64,000 nucleotides of DNA from positions 224,380,001-224,444,000 of the forward strand of contig NC_058368.1 in NCBI RefSeq assembly GCF_018350175.1, given 5' to 3'. The notes beneath the pieces are model-generated. The model made no database searches. It was given only the letters and a program-made list of their open reading frames with translations, and was not told where the DNA came from. The translations under genes were made by a program, and so were the position numbers. Positions 48,042 through 59,755 of this stretch are shown here, one piece after another. Numbering within the stretch: position 1 is the first letter of the stretch; each line of letters opens with the position of its first letter. This DNA comes from Felis catus. Its lineage: Eukaryota.

Positions 48042-49237
48042 TAAAATACACAAGGAATTTCTACTTCAAAAAACAAAAATAAATTATCCATATTACATCG
48101 AAATCTCAATAAAACATGGGAATAATTTTCAATATTTCAGTGAGAAGAAAACAGAAATGAGAGAAATTATGTGATTTTGCAAGGCCACACCTGTAGCAAG
48201 TGATTTGGGGTTTTGCATAATTTAAGATTGTCTCATTTGTCGCTTAAAACTTGCTAAGATTGTTTACCTCTGTTCATCAATAGGGATTTAATAAAGTCCT
48301 TGGCAATGAAATGAATGTAAGGGAAGTGCAAATCCACTTTTCAATGTGAGGATTTCCTTGGATTATGTTTGTGAGACTCTTCATTGATCCCTTCGTTAAG
48401 AATGTCTTCTTTGATGCAAGACGGTATTGAATAATATCAGGAATTATAACTGTGGATGATGAAAAACTCACGTGGAGTGGGAGTGGGGCTGAGGAATCGA
48501 CGTCTTCAAAAAGGAGGTGGGAGATTTCCAACTGCATGCACTGTGTAGGCAGATGAGGAAGCTTCTGTAAACACAACAAGAAAGGCTACCTCTAAGAGCA
48601 GAACCTGATTGTGAAATGTCAGTTGGAAAAAGAAGCCATGATATATAATTAATTTTACTTTAAACTAAAACTCTAAGCTTTGTAAATACAAAAAAAAAAT
48701 TAACAGCCTTTTGCATCATAACTGCTTCCTGGGTAAGGCAGTTTTCTGACTATGACTCAGCAAGACTCATTGAAACAACAGAAGAAATGTAGCAACAATC
48801 ACTAAATTCTACTCTCGAAACTAATACTACACTGGATGTTAACTAACTAGAGTTTAAATAAAAAATTGAAACAAAAATAAACTTCTTAAAGCTAAAACAA
48901 AGCAAAACATAAATAAATAAAACCATAATGCTATCATATTAGTAAGGATAGGTTCCAGTAGACGACAAAAGAGTGAAGATATGCTTAAGATTAAAAAAAG
49001 GATATGAACATTAAAGAGTACAAAAATCATTAATGCAATACGTGCAAAATAAAATGAAAATAAAATAACAATATTCACTAAAACTACAGAGGAAAAAACA
49101 AGTAAAAAGTGTTAGTGTAGAAAAAAAAAGTGTAGTGTTTTATGAGCAAAGAAGCAAAACATCTCTTTTCACAGTTCATATTATCTGATCACATGCTTCA
49201 ATTAAAAAATTCTCATTATTGAGGAGTAAAAAAGGAA

Positions 49238-49506
49238 TGTATGACTTTGCTTGTATGAAATACCTTCGGTAGGCAAATTCATAAAGACAGAAAATAGGCT
49301 AGAGTTTACCAAGATCACAATGGAAGTAAGAATGGGCAATTGTTGCTTAAAATAAGGTACAGAGTTTCTGTTTCAGGTGATGAAAAAGTTATGGAAATAG
49401 TGGTGATATTTGCACAGCATTACAAATGTAATTAATGTCTTAAACTGCACACTTAAAAGTGGTTCAGATGAACATTTTATACTATAAATTTTTTACAATA
49501 AAAAAT
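49238..49506 (+). mobile_element. Old L1 3' end (L1MB-like)
   Basis: taggcaaattcataaagacagaaa...ggtacagagtttctgtttcaggtgatgaaaaagtt...aactgcacacttaaaagtggtt. Confidence 0.85.
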
Positions 49507-49510
49507 TTTA

Positions 49511-49716
49511 GGGGAGCCTGGGTGTTTCAGTCTTAATTTTGGCTCAGGTCATAATCTCACTGTTCATTGGATGGAGTCCCTTGTTGGGCTCTATGCTGTC
49601 AACACAGACCCTACACAGGCCTCTCTCTCTCTCTCTCTCTCTGCCCCTCTGCTCCATTGGATCTCTAAATAAATAAATAAATAAATAAACAAATAAATAA
49701 ATACATAAATATTAAA
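49511..49716 (+). mobile_element. Can-SINE with (TAAA)n tail
   Basis: ggggagcctgggtg head, (CT)n, (TAAA)n. Confidence 0.88.
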
Positions 49717-49813
49717 AAAACATAAAAACATATTTTATGAGTAAATTCACAACCATAACAAAAATAACTTCAGCTATTACTTTTAAGGCACTATAGCTAA
49801 AACAAATGACATA

Positions 49814-49897
49814 CTCCCTCTCTCTCTCTCTTTCTTTGCCCCTCCCCCACACACTCTGTCTGTCTCCCTCTCAAAAATAAATAAACTTAAAAAAATA
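49814..49897 (+). mobile_element. 5'-truncated Can-SINE (CT tract and tail only)
   Basis: ctctttctttgcccctccccc...ctctcaaaaataaataaacttaaaaaaa. Confidence 0.8.
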
Positions 49898-49902
49898 ATT
49901 TA

Positions 49903-50121
49903 GGGGCGCCTGGGTGGTGCAGTTGGTTAAGCGTCCGACTTCAGCCAGGTCACGATCTCGCGGTCCGGGAGTTCGAGCCCCGCGTCAGGCTCTGGGCTGA
50001 TGGCTCGGAGCCTGGAGCCTGTTTCCGATTCTGTGTCTCCCTCTCTCTCTGCCCCTCCCCTGTTCATGCTCTTTCTCTGTCCCAAAAATAAATAAACGTT
50101 GAAAAAAAAATTAAAAAAAAA
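49903..50121 (+). mobile_element. Young felid Can-SINE (SINEC_Fc-like)
   Basis: cagccaggtcacgatctcgcggtccgggag...ctgggctgatggctc diagnostics. Confidence 0.97.
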
Positions 50122-50138
50122 TTTAAAGAAAAGGGGGG

Positions 50139-50352
50139 GATGGCGCCTGGGTGGCTCAGTCAGTTAAATGTCTGACTCGGTTTTGGCTCAGGTCATGATC
50201 TTGCGGTTCGTGAGTTTGAGCCCCGCATCGGGTTTCGTGCTGTATGGAGCCTGCTTGGGTTTCACTTTCTCCCTCTCTCTCTGCCCCTCCCCCGCTCGCT
50301 CACTTTGTCTCTCTCTCAAAAATAAATAGAATTTAAAAAATTAAAAAAATAA
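50139..50352 (+). mobile_element. Can-SINE
   Basis: ggcgcctgggtggctcagtcagttaa head through A tail. Confidence 0.93.
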
Positions 50353-51268
50353 ATGTCACAGAACGGGGGACTATAAGGAATATTTAAATTAGATCACAAA
50401 GATGTTGACAACAAAAAATAAAGGTGTCGTTATGTTACTAATAGGTCAAAATATAATTTAAAATGACCAATTACATCTTATTTCCAACCGAAAATATTTC
50501 ATAAAGTTCTAATAGTCAAAAAATTGTGTATATTTACTTCATAAATTTTCACAATAAAGCCAACTTACCAAAAATGACAACATATGTTTTGAATTTGCAA
50601 CATATTGAACAGGTAGAGTGTGTAAAAATATCCTATTTTTAATTACTTACCTCTATTTTTTAAACTCAAGAATTGTTTGATATTAAAATCATTTCATTAT
50701 CCTTAATATTATGATATGGTTGATGTATATTTTGTCCCCTTGAATTTTCTTAATAGCATGTCAAATACCTCCTTCGATCAAACCCCAGCCCCAGCACTCT
50801 ATATGTATATGGATTTAAATGGGTTATTTAAACTTCCTGAGATGTACCCAAGGTGCAGAAAGAACAGAATCGCCGACTGTCTCTTTTGGAGGGGAAAATG
50901 GTGAGGGAAGGTTCCACAGTGGAAGGGACATTTAAACTGAGTTTTAAGGTTCTTGGATATAGTCAAGAAAAAACAGCTGGTGAGCACTGGCAATTCTTTC
51001 CTCCTTCCTACCTCCACTCTTTATCATGTGTCATTTGTTCTTTTGATAAAATATCCCTTCACTTCTCTTTGGAAAATAATATATGTTCACCAAAACAAAA
51101 CTTGATCTAAACTTGACTGCTCTTTGAAATTTTTCTAGACAGAGAACACAATACAATTTCACTCTTGTTTTTCTCTGTAGCCAGTGATATTCAAGTGTGT
51201 TTTATAGCATATATGGGCTGTCTTCTTTGTAGAGCAGGACCAGACGATAAAGTGGACCACTGAGTACA

Positions 51269-51500
51269 GGGGCTTCTGGGTGGCTCAGTCAGGCGCCAGA
51301 CTCTTGATTTCGGCTCAGGTCATGATCTCGCAATTTCATGAGTTTGAGCCCCCTGTTTGGCTCTGCACTGATAGCGTGGAGCCTGCTTGGAATTCTCTCT
51401 CTCTCTCTCTCTCTCTCTTCTCTTTCTCTATCTGTCCCTCCCCCACTCACACTCTCGCTGCCTCTCTCAAAATAAATAAATAAATTTTAATAAATAAAAA
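51269..51500 (+). mobile_element. Can-SINE
   Basis: ggggcttctgggtggctcagtc head, (CT)n, A tail. Confidence 0.93.
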
Positions 51501-51529
51501 GAGGGTTACTTAGTATAGACTGTTCAAGA

Positions 51530-52650
51530 CAATTGAAATTACCAATTGGGGGGAAATCCAGTTGTGCTATCATCTTCAAAAATGTTTGTCAAAACATTAA
51601 AAGCTCTTTTACTATTGCGTATGCCCTATAGAGAAGTGAAAACCAAAAAAAAAAAAAAAGTGTAGTTAGTACCCTGTAATTAAAAACATTAAGAATTAAA
51701 GTCCTTCAGTTCCTTGTGAAAATGGTAGCAACAATGGTTTGAAGTAAAGCATAAGCAATAGAGTCAGTGATATTGCAATAACTTTGTATGGTGACAGAGA
51801 GTATCTACCCTCAACGAGGTGAGCATTTCCTAACGTGTAGAATTGTCAAGTCACCATCCTGTATACCTGAAACTAAAATAAAATTATATGTCAACGATAC
51901 TTCGATAGAGAATAGTTTGAAGAGTCCTTGCCTTCTTCTCACTACATAGATTGTATTATTATACCAGCACTGAGTGTGAATTAACTTCAAACATTTTCTC
52001 TGTTGTGCTGTAAATCTCATGAAATATCTTGGAGCATTCTTTTAGTACGAAGTATTTGCTGGCTCAGTCCCTCTGGGACATCTTCTCTATCCTTTTCCAA
52101 AGTACTTACCATAACTTTGTCTTTCCTGGTCCTCTGGCTACCCATCTGGAGTCTCGCAAACATATCAGTGCCAAGATTGACATGACCAGCCATTTCTTCT
52201 AAAACTCCATTGACATTCTATTAGAATTTCATTTCCAGAGTCATCATTCGTATTTCTTTGCTGTCCTTTCTATATGGGAGCTCAATTTCTTCTTTCATCT
52301 CGTTGCTTATTTTTAAAATGTCATGTGTGTCTGTTGCTGACGTACAAGGAGGTAATGCAAGGACACACTCTGCTGTCTGTGCTAGAAGTAATTAAGATAC
52401 GCTAAGCTGACTCTTGTAAGATGACTGATCACTGAGCAGCAGTGCTTGATCACCGTGCTAATCTGTTATTTACGTAGTGATTTGTGAACTATAGAGCTAG
52501 CAGTGATGTTTGTACTTTATGAAGCGACTCACACCTCATATGTGTTGGCAGCTGAAATTCCAATTGTATTGTGGAGGGTTTTAGTTATCTAAGTAAACTA
52601 TAGTAGCAAAATCTATGTGCATCAGAACTGTACAGAGTGAGGACTCCCTG
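51530..52650 (-). mobile_element. Tigger13a-like DNA transposon, interrupted by an L1 tail
   Basis: TIR-like end actgtacagagtgaggactccctg; internal atctgttatttacgtagtgatttgtgaact...gagctagcagtgatgtttgtactttatg; ctctgggacatcttc; tttgtcaaaacattaaaagctct. Confidence 0.85.
51745..51908 (+). mobile_element. Short L1 3' end fragment
   Basis: aataactttgtatggtgacaga...ggtgagcatttc...tgtatacctgaaactaaaataaaattatatgtcaac. Confidence 0.85.
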
Positions 52651-52868
52651 TGCAAGGAGTTAATGCTGTGCTCCAATACAACAATGTAAACCTTTTCAAA
52701 CCCCAAAAATGTTAAAAGAAATTTGTATAGTGAAGTCCTGTATCACTACCTCTTAGTTTTTCAAAGATACATTCTGTCTTTTTTTTTCTCACTCATATAT
52801 ATTTGTTTATCCATCTGCCTGTTTGTGCATCCCCCATTGTATGTACCTTTAGTTTAAAGTATATTGAT

Positions 52869-53092
52869 GGGGCGCCTGGGTGGCTCGGTCGGTTAAGCGA
52901 CCGACTTCGGCTCAGGTCATGATCTCACGGTCTGTGAGTTCCAGCCCCGCGTCGGGCTCTGTGCTGACAGCTCAGAGCCTGGAGCCTGTTTCGGATTCTG
53001 TGTCTCCCTCTTGCTCTGTCCCTCCCCTGTTCACGATCTGTCTCTCTCTGTCTCAAAAATAAATAAACGTTAAAAAAAATTAAAAATAAAAT
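52869..53092 (+). mobile_element. Felid Can-SINE (fairly young)
   Basis: ggggcgcctgggtggctcggtcggttaagcg; CpG-rich; degenerate TSD ending tattgat. Confidence 0.97.
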
Positions 53093-53189
53093 AAAATGTA
53101 TTGATAAAATTAAACTCTCTCCTACATATTGCAGCATGCAAAACATTAAAAATAATTCAATATTTGCTTGTAGTAATGGGTTTTTTATA

Positions 53190-54900
53190 TACATTTTACT
53201 TACATAAAATACACACATGAAAAGTATACGTTCTCTGAGATTTGACATACGTATATACCTGTGGAACTCAAACATTTAGTCATATAAAGAAAATTCCAAT
53301 TCCCTTACAACATCATGCTATTCCCAGTTAATTCCCATACCCATTTGCAAGGACAGGGACTATTCTGATTATTTTTGTATCATAGATTATTTGTGTCTAT
53401 CCTAGAATTTTATATAAATTAAAATAAATCAAATCAATTTTATATAAATTAAAATAAATCAAATTAAACAATATGCTTTTAGTGTCAGTCTCCTTTTTAC
53501 TCAGTAAAATGTTTTTGACTTATCCATGTTGTTGCGTATATTAAGAGTTCATTCTATGTTTTTATTCTGGCTGATTCTGATGTGAATAGCATCACATTTT
53601 TGGACAATACCACAATCTATTTAGCCATTTTTCCTATTGATGGAATTTGAGGGTGTTTCCAGATTTGGGCTATAATAAATAAATATTACAATAATCATTC
53701 TTGTATAAGTCATTTTTTGAACATATTTTCATCTATCTCTGATAATTCTGAGAAGTAGAATTGCTGGGAAGGACTGTATTTGTTTTGTTTTGTTTTGTTT
53801 TGCTTTGTTTTGTTTTGTTTCCTTCTTACACTGGTCTAGCTTATCTAGTTTTATGAAAACCTTCCAGACATTTCACCACTGTGTGAATGATTTGACATTC
53901 CTGTCAAAAATGTGTTAAATGTTCCAGTCGTTCTACATATTCACCAATATTTGATGTTTCATATGCTTTTATTATGGATGTTTTAGTCAGAATGTAGTGA
54001 TATGAAATTGTGGCTTTAAACTGCATGCCCTTGATGACTGATAATGTTGAGCATGTTCTCGTGTTTCGGGCTATTAGTGTAACTTTTTTTATGAAGTGTC
54101 TGTTCCGAAACTTGCACAATTGTATTGAGTTTGTTGCTTTCCATTCTGGAGTTGCAAATTTCTGCATATATCAAAATTGCAGTCAAACCCTCTGTTTAAA
54201 ATTCCCTCCCAGTCTGTGACTTACTAATTCATTTTTGACAATGTGGTTTGATAAGTGAAATTTTTTGATGTTGGCGAATTTAAAGTATTCATTTCTAAGT
54301 TTGTCTATTTGGGATTTCTGTCCAAAAAAATCCCACTCCCAAATCCCAAATGTATTCTTGTATGTTTGCTTCTAACATCTTTATGGTTTTGACTTTAATA
54401 TTTATGTCTATGCACTCTCAGAAATTAATTTTTGCATGTGGTATGAGAAAAAGGCCCAGAGTCACTTTTTTTTAATATGGATAGCCATATTTTTTGAGCG
54501 CCATTTATGGAAAACACGCTCCTTTCTCCATTGTATTATATTAGTGCCTTAGTAAGAATTACTTTGACCGTATAAGAATAAGCTTATTTCTACTCATATA
54601 TTCACCAATGACCATGCTAGCCAATGGCACTGATAATATCTATTGCCAGTGCTGATGTTTATTTTAGAGAGTTCTTAAATTTTCTACATAGGTTATAATG
54701 CCATCTTCAAACAGAGTGTTTTAGCACTTCTATTCTAAACTATAAGCACACCTTGTATTCTTTCCTTAATAAACACGTAGAATTTTGGGTAACATTGTCA
54801 CCAGACATAAAGAGATTGGGAATCCTTACTTTCATTCCTCTTCTGAGAGTATTCAATATATTTACTATTAAATGTGATGTTACCTATGGGGTGGTTTTGT
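53190..54900 (-). mobile_element. Old L1 (L1MD/ME-like) 3'UTR and ORF2 end
   Basis: Reverse L1 tracts (tatccatgttgttgcgtata, gtgtttccagatttgggctataa, tgatgactgataatgttgagcat); peptide CSTLSVIKGMQFKATISYHY. Confidence 0.85.
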
Positions 54901-55128
54901 TGTTATTCAGAAACAGAGAGAGAAATTTTAATTTCTTTAAAAGATAATTTACACACAATCATAACCATACATATCTCTAGAGGCTAAGTATGACTCAGAA
55001 ATCACTGATGGGTCATCTTGTTAGAACTGCAGAAATAAAAAGACTGTTGTTAAAACAATAAAACCACAAAGAGACCATTTGAAAGGAATGGAATTTGTAT
55101 CATGTGACCTTATAAAATGGCCACTTTA

Positions 55129-57321
55129 GAAAAAGTAATAAAAGAAAAAGAACAAGAAATAAAAGGCATCCAAACTGATGAGAAAAAAGTAAAACTGTCA
55201 CTATTTGCAGATGACATGATACATGATTCTATATATAGAAAACTCAGAAGATTCCTCCAAAAAAAAACTACTAGAACTAATAAATAATTCAGTAAGGTTG
55301 CAGGATATGAAATGAATATAGAAAAATTGGTTACATTTCTATACACTAATAATGAAGTACCAGAAAAGAGAATTAAGAAAACAGATCCATTTACAATTGC
55401 ACCAAAGATAATAAAATACCAAGGAATAAACTTAACCAAGGAGGAGAAAGACCCATATTTTGAAAACTAATAAACATTGGTGAAAACAATTAAAGATGAC
55501 ACAAACATGAAAAGATATCCCATGCTCACAGATCGGAAACACTAATATTCTTAAAACGTCCATCCTACCCAGAGTGATCTACAGATTTAATGCACTCCCT
55601 GTCAAAATACCAACAGCATTGTTCACAGAACTAAAACAAATAATAAAATTTATATGGAACCACAAAAGATGCCAAATAGCCACAGCGATTTTGAGAAAGA
55701 ACAAAGGTGGAGGTTTCACAATCCCAGATTTAATGCTATACTCTAACACTGTAGTAATCAAAACACTATGGCACTGGCACAAAAATATACACCTAGATCA
55801 ATAGAACAGGATAGACAACCCAGAACCAAACCTATGATTATAATGAATTAATCTACAACAAAGGAAGCAAGAATATATAATGGGAGAAAAGACAGTCTCT
55901 TCAACAAATGGTGCTGGGAATACTGGGCAGCTACATGCAAAAGAATGAAACTGGACCACTTTCTTATACCATATACAAAAATAAACTCAAAATGGATTAA
56001 AGACCTAAATGGGAGACCTAAAACCATAAAACGACTACAAGAAAACATAGGCAGTAATTTCCTTGACATTGGCCATAGGAATATTTTCTAGATATGGCAA
56101 GGGAAGGGAACACAAAATTAAACTATTGGAACTTCCCCCAAATAAAAAGCTTTTGTACAGCAAAGGAAATCATCAGTGAAACAACAAGGCAACCCACTTT
56201 GTGGAAGAAGATATTTGTGAATGATATTTCCAATAAGAGGTTAATGTCTAAAATATATAAAGAACTTTTAAACTCTCCACCAAAAGAAACAAGCAATTTG
56301 ATTAAAAATGGGCAGAGAACCTGCATAGGTATTTTTTTTTCAAAGAAGACATACAAATGGCCATTAGACACTTAAAAAGATGCTCATTATCACTAATTGG
56401 CAGGACATGCCAATCAAAACCATAATGAGATACCACCTTACACCTGTCAGAATGGCTAAAATCAAAAACACAAGAAATAACAAGTATTGGCAATGATGTG
56501 AACAAAAGGGAACCCTGGTTCACTGTTGGTAGGAATGCAAATTGGTGCAAATACCGTGGAAAATAGTTTAGAGGTTCTTCACAAAATTAAAAATAGAAAT
56601 ACCATATATCCAGGAATACCACCACTGGGCATTTTTAACCAAAGTAAAAGAGAACACTACTTCGAAAAAATATAAAGATATATGCACTCCTATGTTTATT
56701 GCAGTGTTGTTTTTTGATTTTTGTTTTTTGCTTTGTTTGTTTTGTTTTTTTTACAGTAGCCAAGGTGCGGAAATAGCCCAAGTGTCCAGACATAGATGAG
56801 TGGATAAAGAAGTGTTACCCAGCCATAAAAAAAGAATGAGATCGTGACATTTGCAGCAACATGGTTGGACCTAGAGGGGATAGTGTTAAATGAAATGAGT
56901 CAGAGAAAGACACATGCCATGTGATTTCACTCATATGTGAATTTTAAGAAACAAAACAAACGATTAAAGATAAAAGAGGCAAAATGAAACAAACTCTTAA
57001 ATACAGAGAACAAACTGGTGATGGCCAGAGAACAGGTGGGTGGTAGGTGGATTAAATGAATGAGGGGGACTAAGAAAAACAAACGTGCAGTTACAAAATA
57101 AGTAAGTCATGGAGGGGAAAGGTGGATCATAGGGAATATAGTCTGTGGGATGGTGCTAACTGCTTAGTACAACGGTGACTACATTCACTGTGGTGAGCAC
57201 TGGTTAATGTATGTATAGAGCTATTGAATCATCGTGTTGTACACCTGAAACTAATGTAACACTGTGTGTTAATCACACTTCAGTAAGAAAAATCAATCGA
57301 TGATCAGTCAATATTTTGAAA
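55129..57321 (+). mobile_element. 5'-truncated carnivore L1 (RT C-terminal half through 3'UTR)
   Basis: FADDMI at 55204-55221; [21 protein letters not shown]; 3' end gtacacctgaaactaatgtaacactgtgtgt; candidate TSD aaaatg(g/a)cc(a/c)cttta at 55114-55128 and 57322-57336. Confidence 0.93.
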
Positions 57322-57779
57322 AAAATGACCCCTTTAACCTTTCTTTGAATGATCTAGTAGAGTAATTCTCTATTAATTGAATAAACTTATTTCCCACCCC
57401 CGCCACAAGTCTTGTGGGCTATAGGTAGGCTACCAGTGTAATTTCATATTTTACTTCTTCGGGGGGGAAAAACACTATCTTGTCATTTTTAGTTCTCCAA
57501 ATACCATAGGGTGATTTGTATTAAGGTTTATGAAACATAAAATATTAAAGTAAAACCATTGTCTTTTCTAGTTTAAATTAGCGGGTTTATATCCAAATTT
57601 CTTGTTTCTTCAACAGTAATTTTTGTTTTTCCTTTCTACGCTCCATCAGCACATTAGTTAAGCTTGCATTATTCTCTTCCGTTACTTTTCACTGTGGAAA
57701 TTAAAGCTATACATGACTTTAAAAATCTCCTTATCAGAGTACACATCAGTAAACCCCAACCATAAGTGTCTGGAACCAA

Positions 57780-57885
57780 GCTAATCAAGATTAATGCATT
57801 CATTTAACAGATGGTTACAATGTTATTAAAATGCAAATGATTGGTTTCTGCTAATTGTTCAACATCAGAAACAATTAATCAGGGC
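57780..57885. promoter_or_regulatory. Candidate enhancer motif cluster
   Basis: ATGCAAAT at 57831-57838; CAGATGG at 57808-57814; SOX-type ACAATG/ATTGTT/AACAAT; several TAATC/TAATT. Motifs only, no functional data. Confidence 0.25.
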
Positions 57886-58326
57886 ATTTTTTTCATTTTC
57901 TAATAGCCTTTGTAGAGTTTACCTTCAGAGATTAACATAAAAGACAAATATGTAAATTTCTCTCACTAACCCCAGGAGAGTCAATCAACTTGAAAGAAAA
58001 GTAAAATAATGATTATATATTTATACTAATGGGAAGAATCCTTTTAGTACTGTAATTTGCTCCTGAATTGTTTTGCACCCAATTTAACTAGTCTCCATAT
58101 AATTATGTTTACCGGAATATCTGTTCAAACGTAATGGGATTTGGTGCCTTATTTTGAGTCAAAAAAAGATAATCTGTTGGAAATAAATAAACTGAGATAT
58201 GATGGGGTTCTCACTAAAACAGTAACACTGTAACATTGGGGTAAATAACATTTCAGATACACCCAATAATGTGAAATTAAAGCCCAAAATATTTCATCTA
58301 TTCTTTCTTTCACTCAATAACTTTCT

Positions 58327-58550
58327 TTTTTCTTCTTCTTTTTTTTTAAATGTTAATTTAATTTTGAGAGAGAGAGAGACAGAGTGTGAACAAGAGAGGG
58401 ACAGAGAGAGACAGAGACAGAGAATCTGAAGCAGACTCCAGGTTCCAAGCTGTCAGCACAGAGCCTGATGTGGGCTTGAACTCAGGAGCTGTGTGATCAC
58501 GATCTGAGCCAAAGACGGACGCTGAACCAACTGAACCACCCAGGCACACC
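58327..58550 (-). mobile_element. Can-SINE
   Basis: TSD tcactcaataa(c/t)tttct at 58310-58326 and 58551-58567. Confidence 0.95.
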
Positions 58551-58581
58551 TCACTCAATAATTTTCTATTGAATGATTCAT

Positions 58582-58840
58582 TGTATTAGTTTTGTTCCTC
58601 TGATAAGCAGAGACTAAAATGTAATAAGATATGCAACAGATGTATTGGGGGAATACTGGTGGACGACAAAAGGAAAAGGGAGTGAATAAACAGGGAGTTT
58701 CAGATCAGAATACAGATCCAAAACCTGTTGCAGATGGAAGGAGAATTGGATGATAGGAACCACACCCTGCAATACGGTTATGAGAATATCTTGGCTGGAC
58801 CACTCTAGGGACCCAGAATGATAACTCATCAGAGGGTCCA
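58582..58840 (-). mobile_element. LTR16-family LTR fragment
   Basis: tgtattagttttgttcctctgataagcagagact...atgcaacagatgtattgggggaa...catcagagggtcc. Confidence 0.65.
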
Positions 58841-59644
58841 TATGTAATTTCTACGAGTACAAAGTTTCAAGCATTAGAAACTAGTATAATCAGATCTAAA
58901 CTCCCAATCTTTCCTTCTCTAGCTCTAACTCACTATCCATCTAACTATTTACGAAAATTGGTGATTTAAATTCCAAATAACCTTGAGAAACAATACAGTG
59001 TATACTAAGTCTGTATTGAAGGGTATTGTTTGCAATTGAACTCTATGTTCTACATATACTCAGATCAGTAAAAGTTACAGCAAAACTATTGCATCTTTGT
59101 CCATGAGACTACTTGTCACAGCTAAAGTTTTTGTTTTGTTTTGTTTTTGTTTTTTTTTGAGGGGATGATTTTGCAAGGCTTGTATCTTGCAAAGCAGATA
59201 CACATCTCTGGAACTATAGTTTGGCTTCATTTACTTTAAATACACTCATGCATATTGTTTTTAGATTTTGATTTCCTGACATATTTTAGGACAACCCTGT
59301 GCTCCTTGATAACTAAATAAAATGAAGACGACTGAGGCATTTTTTTTCCAAATGATAAACAAGCATTTAAAATTAGAGACCAGAGTCAACTGTTAGATTA
59401 TGTCTTAATGTGTTAAGTGACAATTTGAGTTGTCCTACTTAGGAAAAAAAGAAGGTTATATATAAGGATATACTTTTTATAAATAAAGTTATGCAATTAA
59501 AGCAAACTGACTTTGCAATTCCTTTACAATGTTGACTTGCAAATGACGTAATGTCATTCTAAATCTTCACTAACAAATAATATTCATTACTACATACTCA
59601 ATTTGGCTATTGTCTGTACATTAATTTAAGAAAAGGTTAGTGTT

Positions 59645-59755
59645 GGGGCCCTGGGCGGTTCAGTCAGTTGAGCATCCAACTTCAGCTCAGGTCATGATCT
59701 CATGGTTAGTGCTTGATCTAGCAGTTCCTGAGTTCAAGTCCCACATCAGGCTGGT
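59645..59755 (+). mobile_element. 3'-truncated Can-SINE
   Basis: Head ggggccctgggcggttcagtcagttgagcatccaacttcagctcaggtcatgatctc; no CT tract or tail. Confidence 0.85.

Noticed and set aside
48277..48579. 100-aa minus-strand ORF in apparently unique DNA
   Set aside because: Non-ATG start, no recognisable homology and no clear splice sites. The sequence is weakly L2-like.
11322..53275. Family of similar short ORFs (AQVMISRFVSSSP..., GAPGWRSRLSVRLQPGHDL..., DRERQSMNGGGAERE...)
   Set aside because: These are translations of Can-SINEs in different frames, not paralogous genes.
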